A DNA stretch of 64,000 nt from Rhynchopus sp. YZ270_cl-10. Its lineage: Eukaryota. A program made the position numbers and the translations under genes. The notes under the pieces were generated by a model. It was not told the origin of the DNA, did not search any database, and was given only the letters and a program-made list of their open reading frames with translations. Of this stretch, positions 37,101-48,198 are shown piece after piece (the first letter of the stretch is position 1; every line of letters starts with the position of its first letter). The stretch spans positions 310,001 through 374,000 of the forward strand of contig OZ037843.1 of assembly GCA_964035575.1 (NCBI GenBank), in the 5' to 3' direction.

Positions 37101-37523
37101 GAGACACGTCGCACTGTTTGTGACACCAGGTGCAGGCAGGGTGACTGCACCTGGCGTGCATGTGTAGTCCATCTCGTATATAGTAGTCCCGTCGGACTCG
37201 AGGGTGTGCCCCGCCAACATCATGACCCCGTCTGCAGGGTAGCTTGCGACGTAGTTGTACGCTGACTTCGGGTAAGACGGCACGTTCTGAGCACTACGTA
37301 TCTCAGCCAGCCGGTACCCTGCAGAGTTCGTGAGAAACAGCCCAGAGCCATACCCTCGCTGCATCTTGAACTCCACGTGCAATGTCCCCGTGCACGTCAA
37401 CAGCCAGCACAGGGAGCCAGTGGAGGCAACAAGGTCTGAATACATAAAAGGAGAGGGCGGTATTGCTGGGCAAGCTGCAGACACGGCACACATTAGAAGC
37501 AAGCTGCACAGCCGCAGCAGCAT
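34164..37523 (-). CDS. Type I membrane surface protein copy 3 (six Cys-rich CUB-like modules, mucin stalk, TM)
   Basis: Signal peptide MLLRLCSLLLMCAVSA; repeated C..C.GTLHV...YPADG...WTC modules; P/T/E/S-rich stalk; TM AAWVVIAALGTCLLLAVGVAVFF; short tail. The ORF is intact. Confidence 0.9.
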   Translation of the reverse strand: MLLRLCSLLLMCAVSAACPAIPPSPFMYSDLVASTGSLCWLLTCTGTLHVEFKMQRGYGSGLFLTNSAGYRLAEIRSAQNVPSYPKSAYNYVASYPADGVMMLAGHTLESDGTTIYEMDYTCTPGAVTLPAPGVTNSATCLTLDAVGTYSMPLSQGGDSCLVIPCSGVLDLDMDVVADLFSLNITVEGSNGTALEHITETARTVGSYASDGNMFVHIAGSTSNRMAPDAFFALAWGCNAAAPVLPAIGGETSAPLTLAPYVFAPTGPCVALEAPLASTYYGRADCYTVQCMGTVHVNATIDDVQYRGVALRLVNANGYKLMELGVDTTKHMVTSFPADGLLTLSLPQYVNVNFQFTFDWTCEAGPVPPPAPGIDSAECLTMAPVGTYNRVLSAPASHCFAMECLGTFSVSVEVRPTGDICHTNVSLYEGHGWQLLFADATYPTGDLRIKANATFAAGGPVIKTNGTYSPQHQGVYQMHVVHTAGGPDDHLFMSWACDATSAPLPSFAPSTAAPETMVPPTTVPIALCTQVSNSFSFRVPPTWQPTTECWYLSCTGTLHVSFDLDLDPIYEEVALENSYGYNLDTLMDGRRYSGNYRTSYPADGNMVVRFASTTRYQTFSPGSFNMTWTCEEAPVLPPAPGTNASECLTLGDSGTYSRSLGSIQSWNTLHCWTMQCYGVLFVAAWLHFYEDWSRVTMVDSTGKEVYSATGPAVPTDRSAVSTNMTADFASSGLFHITVNNKGRWEPGVHFRFEFGWSCNGVLPTDIPAIYTPVPETALPSSMPEVTQAPQTGTLGTQSPLSNAPVTQVPQTEAGETESPLTSTPVTESPLTSTPVTESPLTSTPVTEVPLTNAPDSNALVTEPPRTPAPLTGAPVIRTPVTESPPSARETRSPVSDAPVTKSLPTSAPETTVPVPSTPVTESPPNALETRAPVSDAPVPQTPLTPAPETTVPVTRAPDTAPLTPAPDTPNTANGTPAPLPATGSPATEAPEAPLTSATETPAPTSSAPASSSPSGPHVSAQPVPHTPAPPRGTSLPAGALLPTPVPEVEAGEDDKLLSTAAWVVIAALGTCLLLAVGVAVFFCRHAKKGTPTESFYNTALLPEGLEGEAVCLEDSELLRV

Positions 37524-39210
37524 TGTGTGGTTGTTGTTTCTTTTGAGAGGTGGAAGTACCTGGGTCGTGGTGGTGGTGTTGTGGACAGGGGTGGAAACAA
37601 GAGTGGAAATAACCAAATGCAAGTCGTGTCATTTTATTGTGAATTTTCTTAAGAACTTCAACTCAGTTTACACAAAGGGTGAATGTCCCACACTCGTCTG
37701 CATTCGCAAGAAAGACTGCATTGCAATGCCAGACAGCTTCGCCTCTGATGTCATGCAGGCAATTATGGTATTCCTCGTGAAAGCAAACAAAAGTATTCCG
37801 GGTGAATCTCTTGAATAAAAAACCTGTGATGTGGAAAACAACACAGCACAGGAATCAAGAATCAAGAGACACACAAAGAATATGAGGGGACAAGGAAAGG
37901 AACCGGTATATTGTGACATTGTTCATCTCACGAACATACATGTTCTTCAAAGGTAAACTAAAAACAAACGTAAAATTCAAATTCAAATTCAGATTCAGAT
38001 TCAGATTTGTGAAAATAGCACGACATAATTTAAATAGTGAAGCACAGAAAGGATCACTAAGCTCGCAAGAGGAGTAAACAAAAACAAGAAAAACAAGAAA
38101 AAACAAAAACTGGGGTGATTCGCACTTCTTGCGTACTTTGTACACACCCCCATTCAGCCACACTACAGACACACATTCACCCCCCTTCTTTGCATCGGAA
38201 ATCAGCACTCCCGCAACATGGCTGGTGCAACAGTACCAGAGAAGTGCAGTCGCCACCGACTTCCCCCAGACCCTCGTTACACTTTCGAGTTCGAGACGGC
38301 AACAAGGCACTCTGGCACTACGTTTGTGTCGGGTGCAAGCAAAACTAAAACAACACCACAACAAAGCACAATTACTCTGACACAGATCAGAACGTATTAG
38401 TTTCATAATATTATACTTTCAAATCAAAGAAGAGCAAGTACAAAGGATGTTGTATAGATACACCCAATGTGTTGTGTTGTGTTGTAAAGTGTGAATAAGA
38501 AAGAGGAAAAACAATTATTGCCGTGCAAAAAATCAAACCTTTAAGCAGTACAAAGTAAACACACACACACACACAAACTTGAGCTATATTTCGGTCTCGG
38601 TACTACCCCACTTTCGCTTCCAAACACACACAAAAGTGCTGGTAAGAATGTACCTGGCCTACGTTCTTCTCAAAGAGGAAAAGACAGGAAAAAACAGGAA
38701 AAAAGTCTTGAAAACGTTGACGACATTGTGACGTCCACAGCTGTGTGTCATCATCACCACATACAAGACGAGAAACCAACAAAATAAACAATTCGAAAAA
38801 CACACGTGTGTGGCCCGCACCCCCATCGCCACGTTTCTGCAAGGGGGTGCTCATCCCACACAATACACTTTCACAGGGTAACACTGACACATAAGTTTCT
38901 TTTGCGACAGTGCTTTTGTGCCGATGGCACGTAAGAGCAACGTAGAATGTGGAGGGGACTTCGCCCAACAGCCGCCATGTGGTCATGGTGGCAGGGACGA
39001 ACAACATGGGGAAGCAGTCGTCAAGACTGCTTCAGGGAGGGGTGTCATATTGCTTGTGAACAACGTGACAACAATAAAACAGTAAGGTTTAAAACAAATG
39101 ATGGAATGGATTGTGTGGTGAAGATGCCGTAGTAATATGTGTCTAATGGCAACATTGGAAACAACAACAGCAACAAACGCAGCTGGCACTTCACAAAGCT
39201 GTGACACCGT

Positions 39211-42200
39211 TTACACGCGCAGCAATTCGCTGTCCTCAAGACACACTGCCTCACCTTCAAGTCCTTCAGGCAGCAGTGCAGTGTTGTAGAAGCTCTCAGT
39301 CGGTGTGCCCTTCTTTGCATGCCTGCAGAAGAACACCGCCACCCCAACAGCAAGCAGCAGACACGTGCCCAGTGCTGCAATCACCACCCACGCTGCTGTG
39401 CTCAGCAGCTTATCATCTTCGCCCGCCTCCACTTCCGGCACAGGTGTGGGCAGCAGCGCACCTGCAGGCAGGGATGTGCCACGTGGCGGTGCTGGTGTGT
39501 GCGGCACAGGCTGCGCTGACACATGTGGCCCTGAAGGTGATGATGATGCAGATGCAGACGATGTGGGTGCAGGTGTCTCAGTGGCAGACGTCAGCGGTGC
39601 TTCTGGTGCTTCTGTCGCAGGTGACCCTGTTGCTGGCAGTGGTGCAGACGTTCCATTTGCTGTGTTTGGTGTATCAGGTGCAGGTGTCAGTGGCGCTGTG
39701 TCTGGTGCACGAGTCACAGGTACACTTGTCTCAGGTGCATTGGGTGGCGATTCCGTAACACTAGTAACGGGTACGGTTGCCACAGGTGCAGACGTCGGTA
39801 TCAATTTTGTAACAGGTGAGTCAGACACAGGTGCACGAGTTTCAGGTGCATTGGGTGGCGATTCAGTAACAGGTGTGCTGGTAACGGGTACGGTTGTCTC
39901 AGGTGCAGACGTCGGTAGCGATTTTGTAACAGGTGCGTCAGACACAGGTGCACGAGTCTGACGTGCATTGGGTGGCGATTCCGTAACAGGTGTGCGAATA
40001 ACGGGTGCACCTGTCAGAGGTGCAGGCGTCCGTGGTGGTTCAGTAACAAGTGCATTGGAATCGGGTGCATTGGTCAGTGGCACTTCAGTCACAGGTGCGC
40101 TTGTCAGTGGCGACTCCGTCACTGGTGCACGAGTCAGTGGCGATTCTGTCTCACCTGCTTCTGTCTGGGGCACTTGCGTCACTGGTGCATTGGACAGTGG
40201 TGACTGTGTCCCAAGTGTTCCTGTCTGCGGTGCTTGTGTCACTTCAGGCATCGACGACGGCAGCGCTGTCTCTGGCACTGGTGTGTAGATCGCTGGGATG
40301 TCTGTCGGCACACCACCGTTGCAGCTCCACCCAAACTCGAATCGGAAGTAGAGGTCTGGTAGTATCCCCTTGTTGTTCACTGTGATTTGGAAGAGGCCAC
40401 TGTTCGCGAAGCTAGCACTCATGTTTGTTAACACTGCGATCTTGTCAGTCGGCATCGCTGGCCCTGTTAGGCCGTACACCTCTTTGCCTGTGCTGTCCAC
40501 CATTGTCACACGTGCATAGTCTTCGTAAGAGTACAGCGACGCTGCCATGGACAGCACACCATAACACTGCATCGTCCAGCAGTGAAGTGTGCTCCAGCTT
40601 ATGATCGATCCAAGCGACCTGCTGTATGTGCCACTGTCACCCAGGGTAAGACACTCTGACGCACTCGTGCCTGGTGCAGGTGGAAGCACAGGTGCCTCCT
40701 CACACGTCCAGGTCATGTAAAACGAGCCTGTAGAGTAGTACTGTGCGTGCCTTGTCACGCTGGCAAAACGCAACACCATGTGTCCATCAGCAGGGTAGCT
40801 CGCGTTGTAGGTCGACAAATTCTTTACACTTCTTCCTGTCAGGGAGTCAAGGTTGTAGTCGTTGTTGTTATAGAGCGCTACCTCTTCCTCTGACGGCTCC
40901 AGGTCAACGTTGAAGCTTACGTGCAGCGTGCCCGTGCACGAGCGGTACCAACACTCAGTTGTAGACTTCCTAGTCCGAGGAGCACTAAAGAAAACACTGT
41001 CCCTCGCATAGATGCAGTCCGGAATGGGCACCGGGGTGGGCGGCACCATCGTCTCCGGAGCAGCAGTGCTCGGTGCAAACGAAGGAAGCGGAGGGCTTGC
41101 TGCATTACACGCCCAAGACATGAAGAGCTGGTCGTCCGGCCCCGCGTCGTGCACAATATCCAAGAGATAGACGCCCTCATGCTCCGGCGGGAACGTTGCG
41201 TTTTTCTTGATCACCTTCTCCCCAGACGGACCCGATCCAGTCGGATACGTTGCGTTCGCAAGAAAGATCACATAGCTGTGTCCACCACGGATGGTGATAT
41301 GCGTGTGACATATGTCACCTGTGGGACGCACCTCCACCGACACAGAAAACGTCCCGATACACTCCACAGCATAGCAGTGTGATGCAGCTCCAGATAAGAC
41401 CTGGTTGTGGGTGCTGATAGGTGGGCTGGTCAGGCAGTCTGCACTGTCGATGCCTGGTGCAGGTGGTGGCACTGGACCTGCTTCGCACGTCCAGTCAAAG
41501 CTGAATTGCCATATCACATTTACGTACTGCGGCAAGGACAGTGTCAGCAAGCCGTCAGCAGGGAAGCTCGTCACCATATGCTTTGTTGTGTCCACCCCCA
41601 GCTCCATGAGCTTGTACCCGTTTGCGTTGACGAGCCTCAGTGCCACACCACGGTATTGCACGTCATCAATTGTCACATTGACGTGCAGAGTCCCCTTGCA
41701 CTGCACTGTGTAGCAATCGGGCCCCCCATAAAATGTGCTCGCCAGAGGTGTTTCCAAAGCAACACAAGGTCCTGTTGGTGCAAGTATGTAAGGAGCAAGT
41801 GTCAGAGGTGCCGATGTCCCACCGCCAATTGCAGGAAGCACAGGTGCAGCAGCGTTGCACCCCCACGCAAGAGCAAAGAACGCATCAGGAGCCATGCGGT
41901 TGCTAGTGGAGCCCACAATGTGCACTTTCATGTTCCCGTCGCTTGCATAACTCCCGCCAGTCCTGGTCGTCTCAGTGATGTGTTCCAGTGCGGTGCCGTC
42001 ACTTCCCTCGACTGTGATGTTGAGGTTAAACAAATCCGCGACAACGTCCATGTCCAGGTCAAGGACGCCGCTGCACGGGATGACGAAACAGCTTGCAGTC
42101 AACGGCATCGGCATGCTGTACGTCCCGACAACGTCCAGTGTGAGACACGCCGAACTGTTGACGCCAGGTGCAGGCAGGGTGACTGCACCTGGCGTGCATG

Positions 42201-42570
42201 TGTAGTCCATCTCGTAGCTAGTAATCCCGTCGGACTCGAGGGTGTGTCCCGCCAACATCATGACCCCGTCTGCAGGGTAGCTTGCGACGTAGTTGTACGC
42301 TGACTTCGGGTAAGACGGCACGTTCTGAGCACTACGTATCTCAGCCAGCCGGTACCCTGCACGGTTCATGAGAAACAGCCCAGAGCCATACCCTCGCTGC
42401 ATCTTGAACTCCACGTGCAATGTCCCCGTGCACGTCAACAGCCAGCACACGGTGCCATTGGAGGCAACAAGGTCTGAATACATAAAAGGAGAGGACGGCA
42501 TTGCTGGGCAAACCCCACCACGTGCAGACACGGCACACAGCAGAAGCAAGCTGCACAGCCGCAGCAGCAT
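39211..42570 (-). CDS. Type I membrane surface protein copy 4
   Basis: Intact ORF with the same architecture as copy 3; ATG at 42570. Confidence 0.9.
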   Translation of the reverse strand: MLLRLCSLLLLCAVSARGGVCPAMPSSPFMYSDLVASNGTVCWLLTCTGTLHVEFKMQRGYGSGLFLMNRAGYRLAEIRSAQNVPSYPKSAYNYVASYPADGVMMLAGHTLESDGITSYEMDYTCTPGAVTLPAPGVNSSACLTLDVVGTYSMPMPLTASCFVIPCSGVLDLDMDVVADLFNLNITVEGSDGTALEHITETTRTGGSYASDGNMKVHIVGSTSNRMAPDAFFALAWGCNAAAPVLPAIGGGTSAPLTLAPYILAPTGPCVALETPLASTFYGGPDCYTVQCKGTLHVNVTIDDVQYRGVALRLVNANGYKLMELGVDTTKHMVTSFPADGLLTLSLPQYVNVIWQFSFDWTCEAGPVPPPAPGIDSADCLTSPPISTHNQVLSGAASHCYAVECIGTFSVSVEVRPTGDICHTHITIRGGHSYVIFLANATYPTGSGPSGEKVIKKNATFPPEHEGVYLLDIVHDAGPDDQLFMSWACNAASPPLPSFAPSTAAPETMVPPTPVPIPDCIYARDSVFFSAPRTRKSTTECWYRSCTGTLHVSFNVDLEPSEEEVALYNNNDYNLDSLTGRSVKNLSTYNASYPADGHMVLRFASVTRHAQYYSTGSFYMTWTCEEAPVLPPAPGTSASECLTLGDSGTYSRSLGSIISWSTLHCWTMQCYGVLSMAASLYSYEDYARVTMVDSTGKEVYGLTGPAMPTDKIAVLTNMSASFANSGLFQITVNNKGILPDLYFRFEFGWSCNGGVPTDIPAIYTPVPETALPSSMPEVTQAPQTGTLGTQSPLSNAPVTQVPQTEAGETESPLTRAPVTESPLTSAPVTEVPLTNAPDSNALVTEPPRTPAPLTGAPVIRTPVTESPPNARQTRAPVSDAPVTKSLPTSAPETTVPVTSTPVTESPPNAPETRAPVSDSPVTKLIPTSAPVATVPVTSVTESPPNAPETSVPVTRAPDTAPLTPAPDTPNTANGTSAPLPATGSPATEAPEAPLTSATETPAPTSSASASSSPSGPHVSAQPVPHTPAPPRGTSLPAGALLPTPVPEVEAGEDDKLLSTAAWVVIAALGTCLLLAVGVAVFFCRHAKKGTPTESFYNTALLPEGLEGEAVCLEDSELLRV

Positions 42571-43592
42571 TGTGTGGTTGTTGTTTCTTTTGAGAGGTGG
42601 AAGTACCTGGGTCGTGGTGGTTGTGTTGTGGACAGGGGTGGAAACAAGAGTGGAAATAACCAAATGCAAGTCGTGTCATTTTATTGTGAATTTTCTTAAG
42701 AATTTCAACTCAGTTTACACAAAGGGTGAATGTCCCACACTCGTCTGCATTCGCAAGAAAGACTGCATTGCAATGCCAGACAGCTTCGCCTCTGATGTCA
42801 TGCAGGCAATTATGGTATTCCTCGTGAAAGCAAACAAAAGTATTCCGGGTGAATCTCTTGAATAAAAAACCTGTGATGTGGAAAACAACACAGCACAAGA
42901 ATCAAGAATCAAGAGACACACAAAGAATATGAGGGGACAAGGAAAGGAACCGGTATATTGTGACATTGTTCATCTCACGAACATACATGTTCTTCAAAGG
43001 TAAACTAAAAACAAACGTAAAATTCAAATTCAAATTCAGATTCAGATTCAGATTTGTGAAAATAGCACGACATAATTTAAATAGTGAATCACAGAAAGGA
43101 TCACTAAGCTCGCAAGAGGAGTAAACAAAAACAAGAAAAACAAGAAAAAACAAAAACTGGGGTGATTCGCACTTCTTGCGTACTTTGTACACACCCCCAT
43201 TCAGCCACACTACAGACACACATTCACCCCCCTTCTTTGCATCGGAAATCAGCACTCCCGCAACATGGCTGGTGCAACAGTACCAGAGAAGTGCAGTCGC
43301 CACCGACTTCCCCCAGACCCTCGTTACACTTTCGAGTTAGAGACGGCAACAAGGCACTCTGGCACCAATACAGAAACAACACAGAAACAAACAACACAAT
43401 ACGCTGTCACAGATCAGAAAGTATTGGTTTCATATACTTTCAAATCAAAAAGGAGCAAGTACAAAGGATGTTGTATAGATACACCCAATGTGTTGTGTTG
43501 TGTTGTAAAGTGTGAAAGAAAAGAGAAAAAAAACTATTGTTTCCGTGCAAAAATCAAAACTTTAAGCAGTACAAAGTAAACACACACACACA

Positions 43593-44170
43593 AATGGGGT
43601 CATATTCTGCACAAGAATTACCCCTATAAGTTACAAAACACACACACACACACACAAACGTCCTGGTCTGGACGGTAAATTGCATCCGGGGGTATGTCGC
43701 GCCTCCTAAAGCCCTATAAAGATACCTGAGGGTAAAACGTCACCCCACTTTTTCCCCTATTGTTTTGTGACGGTCAGTCCAGTGGGCAACTTGTATTGCA
43801 TTTCGCAAGCCCCTTTGCCACACCCTGAGTGGTGAGGTGTGCCAACTGCACAACTGCCCAACGTCAGGCAAAGCTCATTGCACTGAGGAACCTTGCTACA
43901 CCCTCTGGTAAGGTGTGCTGCCTCTGGAAAGACATTCAACTTTAATTTTAGCCGCATCGTTCTTCCACAGAGCCTGTTCAAAATGGTCACAGGCGCCGCA
44001 GATACACCAGTAGTTGGTGTTTCATGGTATGTGCGTCAAACAAAAGAGCTGGCAAAAGTGACAAGTAGGCTATACTCCGTTCAGGCGTTACCCACTCTAA
44101 ATCCGTTTCAAACACACACACACATTGGGGCACATTCCGCGCAAGAATAACCCCTGTTAGTTATCAAACA
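43593..44170 (+). mobile_element. Insertion into an (AC)n microsatellite, with a repeated GGGG..CAAGAAT(T/A)ACCCCT terminal motif
   Basis: The paralogous spacer at ~38551-38600 has an uninterrupted (AC)n with the same flanks. The motif occurs at ~43593, ~44124 and ~62868, always between (CA)n runs. Confidence 0.75.
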
Positions 44171-44814
44171 CACACAAACTTGAGCTATATTTCGGTCTCA
44201 GTACTACCTCACTTACGCTTTCCAACACACACAAAAGTGCTGGTAAGAATGTACCTGGCCTACGTTCTTCTCAAAGAGAAGAAAAAAGGGGGGAAAACAG
44301 GAAAAAAAGTCTTGAAAACGTTGACGACATTGTGACGTCCACAGCTGTGTGTCATCATCACCACATACAAGACGAGAAACCAACAAAATAAACAATTCGA
44401 AAAACACACGTGTGTGGCCCGCACCCCCATCGCCACGTTTCTGCAAGGGGGTGCTCATCCCACACAATACACTTTCACAGGGTAACACTGACACATAAGT
44501 TTCTTTTGCGACAGTGCTTTTGTGCCGATGGCACGTAAGAGCAACGTAGAATGTGGAGGGGACTTCGCCCAACAGCCACCATGTGGTCATGGTGGCAGGG
44601 ACGAACAACATGGGGAAGCAGTCGTCAAGAATGCTTCAGGGAGGGGTGTCATATTGCTTGTGAACAACGTGACAACAATAAAACAGCAAGGTTTAAAACA
44701 AATGATGGAATGGATTGTGTGGTGAAGATGCCGTAGTAATATGTGTCTAATGGCAACATTGGAAACAACAACAACAACAAACGCAGCTGGCACTTCACAA
44801 AGCTGTGACACCGT

Positions 44815-47800
44815 TCACCAGCTCAACTCGTCTCTGTCTTCAAGACACACTGCCTCACCTTCAAGTCCTTCAGACAACAGTGCAGTGTTGTACACGCTCT
44901 CGGTCGGTGTGCCCTTCTGTGCCTGCCTGCAGAAGAACACCGCCACCCCAACAGCAAGCAGCAGACACGTGCCCAGTGCTGCAATCACCACCCACGCTGC
45001 TGTGCTCAGCAGCGGTGTGTCCGCCTCCACTTCCGGCACAGGTGTGGGCAGCAGCGCACCTGCAGGCAGGGATGTGCCACGTGGCGGTGCTGGTGTGTGC
45101 GGCACAGGCTGCGCTGACACATGTGGCCCTGAAGGTGATGATGATGCAGATGCAGACGATGTGGGTGCAGGTGTCTCAGTGGCAGACGTCAGCGGTGCTT
45201 CTGGTGCTTCTGTCGCAGGTGACCCTGTTGCTGGCAGTGGTGCAGACGTTCCATTTGCTGTGTTTGGTGTATCAGGTGCAGGTGTCAGTGGCGCTGTGTC
45301 TGGTGCACGAGTCACAGGTACACTTGTCTCAGGTGTAGGTGTCAGTGGCGTTTGTGGAACAGGTGCATCAGACACAGGTGCACGAGTCTCAAGTGCATTG
45401 GGGGGCGATTCAGTCACAGGTGTGCTAGTAACGGGTACGGTTGCCACAGGTGCGGGCGTCAGTGGCGATTTTGTAACAGGTGTGCCGGTAACGGGTACGG
45501 TTGTCTCAGGTGCAGACGTCGGTAGCGATTTTGTAACAGGTGCGTCAGACACAGGTGCACGAGTCTCAGGTGCATTGGGTGGCGATTCCGTAACAGGTGT
45601 GCGAATAACGGGTGCACCTGTCAGAGGTGCAGGCGTCCGTGGTGGTTCAGTAACAAGTGCATTGGAATCGGGTGCATTGGTCAGTGGCACTTCAGTCACA
45701 GGTGCGCTTGTCAGTGGCGACTCCGTCACTGGTGCACGAGTCAGTGGCGATTCTGTCTCACCTGCTTCTGTCTGGGGCACTTGCGTCACTGGTGCATTGG
45801 ACAGTGGTGACTGTGTCCCAAGTGTTCCTGTCTGCGGTGCTTGTGTCACTTCAGGCATCGACGACGGCAGCGCTGTCTCTGGCACTGGTGTGTAGATCGC
45901 TGGGATGTCTGTCGGCACACCACCGTTGCAGCTCCACCCAAACTCGAATCGGAAGTGGAGGTCTGGCTCCATCCCCTTGTTGTTCACTGTGATTTGGAAG
46001 AGGCCACTGTTCGCGAAGCCAGCAGACATGTTTGTTGACACTGCGCTCCTGTCAGTCGGCATCGCTGGCCCTGTCATGCCGTACACCTCTTTGCCTGTGC
46101 TGTCCACCATTGTCACACGTGCATAACCTTTGTAAGAGTACAGCGACGCTGCCATGGACAGCACACCATAACACTGCATAGTCCAGCAGTGAAGTGTGTT
46201 CCAGCTTTGGATCGATCCAAGCGACCTGCTGTATGTGCCACTGTCACCCAGGGTAAGACACTCTGATGCATTCGTGCCTGGTGCAGGTGGAACCACAGGT
46301 GCCTCCTCACACGTCCAGGTCATGTTAAAGGAGCCTGGGGAGAACGTTTGGTACCTCGCCGTGCTGGCAAAACGCAACACCATGTTCCCATCAGCAGGGT
46401 AGCTCGCGTTGTAGCGTCTCACAGCCATCAGAGTGTCAAGGTTGTAACCGTAGCTGTTCTCGAGCGCCACCTCTTCGAAGAACGCGTCCAGCTCAAGGTC
46501 GATGTTCAAGTGCAGCGTGCCCGTGCACGAGAGGTACCAACACGCGTTCGTAGGCTTCCTAGTCCAAGGAACACTATAGGCAAGACTGTTACTCACCTGG
46601 GGGCACAACGGAATGGGCACAGTGGTAGGCGGCACCATCGTCTCCGGAGCAGCAGTGCTCGGTGCGAACGAAGGAAGCGGAGCTCTTGTCGCGTCACACG
46701 CCCAAGACATGAAGAGCTGGTCGTCCGGGTACCCCGTGATGCGCGCAGCACGCATCTGATAGACCCCCTGATACAGCGGCGAGTACGTTCCGCTTACCTT
46801 GATCACCTTATCCGCAGCCGGAAGCGTTGCGTTTGGCCTGACGCCAGTCGGATACGTTGCGTTCGCAAATAACAGGTCCCAGCCGTTGTCATCACGAAGG
46901 GTGACATTCGTGTGACATCCTGTGTCATATATGGGACGCACCTCCACGGACACAGAAAACGTCCCGAGACACTCCACAGCAAAGCAGTGTGATGCAGCTC
47001 CAGATAAGTACTGGTTGTAGGTGCCGACAGGTGCCATGGTCAGGCACTCTGCACTGTCGATGCCTGGTGCAGGTGGTGGCACTGGACCTGCTTCGCACGT
47101 CCAGTCAAAGGTGACTACCGATTTACCATTTACCACCTGCCACATGGACACTGTCAGCATGCCGTCAGCAGGGAAGCTCGTCACCAGGCTCTTTATTGTG
47201 TTCGGCGACAGCTGCATGAGCTGGTACCCGTTTGCGTTGAGGACCGTCAGTGCTCCACCGTTGTAATTGCGGTGATAAATGGACGCATTGACGTGCAGAG
47301 TCCCCTTGCACTGCACTGTGTAGCACTGGGGCCCGTAAAATGTGCTCGCCACCATCGGTGCTTCCAAAGCAACACACGCTCCTGTTGGTGCAGGTGTGTC
47401 AGGTGCAACTATGTCAGGAGTATACGTCAGAGGTGCCGATGTCTCACCGCCAATTGCAGGAAGCACAGGTGCAGCAGCGTTGCACCCCCACGCAAGAGCA
47501 AAGAACGCATCAGGAGCCATGCTGTTGCTAGTGGAGCCCACAATGTGCACTTTCGTGTTCCCGTCGCTTGCATAACTCCCGACAGTCCTGGCCGTCTCAG
47601 TGATGTGTTCCAGTGCGGTGCCGTTACTTCCCTCAACTGTGATGTTGAGACTAAACAAATCCGCAAGCACGTCCATGTCCAGGTCAAGGATGCCGCTGCA
47701 CGGGATGACGAGACAGCTGTCACCACCCTGCGAAAGAGGCATGCTGTACGTCCCGACAGCGTCCAGTGTGAGACACGCCGAACTGTTGACGCCAGGTGCA

Positions 47801-48198
47801 GGCAGGGTGACTGCACCTGGCGTGCATGTGTAGTCCATCTCGTAGCTAGTAATCCCGTCGGACTCGAGGGTGTGTCCCGCCAACATCATGACCCCGTCTG
47901 CAGGGTAGCTTGCGACGTAGTTGTACGCTGACTTCGGGTAAGACGGCACGTTCTGAGCACTACGTATCTCAGCCAGCCGGTACCCTGCACGGTTCATGAG
48001 AAACAGCCCAGAGCCATACCCTCGCTGCATCTTGAACTCCACGTGCAATGTCCCCGTGCACGTCAACAGCCAGCACACGGTGCCATTGGAGGCAACAAGG
48101 TCTGAATACATAAAAGGAGAGGACGGCATTGCTGGGCAAACCCCACCACGTGCAGACACGGCACACAGCAGAAGCAAGCTGCACAGCCGCAGTAGCAT
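44815..48198 (-). CDS. Type I membrane surface protein copy 5
   Basis: Intact ORF with the same architecture; ATG at 48198. Confidence 0.9.
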   Translation of the reverse strand: MLLRLCSLLLLCAVSARGGVCPAMPSSPFMYSDLVASNGTVCWLLTCTGTLHVEFKMQRGYGSGLFLMNRAGYRLAEIRSAQNVPSYPKSAYNYVASYPADGVMMLAGHTLESDGITSYEMDYTCTPGAVTLPAPGVNSSACLTLDAVGTYSMPLSQGGDSCLVIPCSGILDLDMDVLADLFSLNITVEGSNGTALEHITETARTVGSYASDGNTKVHIVGSTSNSMAPDAFFALAWGCNAAAPVLPAIGGETSAPLTYTPDIVAPDTPAPTGACVALEAPMVASTFYGPQCYTVQCKGTLHVNASIYHRNYNGGALTVLNANGYQLMQLSPNTIKSLVTSFPADGMLTVSMWQVVNGKSVVTFDWTCEAGPVPPPAPGIDSAECLTMAPVGTYNQYLSGAASHCFAVECLGTFSVSVEVRPIYDTGCHTNVTLRDDNGWDLLFANATYPTGVRPNATLPAADKVIKVSGTYSPLYQGVYQMRAARITGYPDDQLFMSWACDATRAPLPSFAPSTAAPETMVPPTTVPIPLCPQVSNSLAYSVPWTRKPTNACWYLSCTGTLHLNIDLELDAFFEEVALENSYGYNLDTLMAVRRYNASYPADGNMVLRFASTARYQTFSPGSFNMTWTCEEAPVVPPAPGTNASECLTLGDSGTYSRSLGSIQSWNTLHCWTMQCYGVLSMAASLYSYKGYARVTMVDSTGKEVYGMTGPAMPTDRSAVSTNMSAGFANSGLFQITVNNKGMEPDLHFRFEFGWSCNGGVPTDIPAIYTPVPETALPSSMPEVTQAPQTGTLGTQSPLSNAPVTQVPQTEAGETESPLTRAPVTESPLTSAPVTEVPLTNAPDSNALVTEPPRTPAPLTGAPVIRTPVTESPPNAPETRAPVSDAPVTKSLPTSAPETTVPVTGTPVTKSPLTPAPVATVPVTSTPVTESPPNALETRAPVSDAPVPQTPLTPTPETSVPVTRAPDTAPLTPAPDTPNTANGTSAPLPATGSPATEAPEAPLTSATETPAPTSSASASSSPSGPHVSAQPVPHTPAPPRGTSLPAGALLPTPVPEVEADTPLLSTAAWVVIAALGTCLLLAVGVAVFFCRQAQKGTPTESVYNTALLSEGLEGEAVCLEDRDELSW

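Noticed and set aside
23650..48198. Diversity-generating retroelement as the cause of hypervariability
   Set aside because: No reverse transcriptase or template repeat is present, and the variation includes indels and block swaps rather than adenine-specific substitution.
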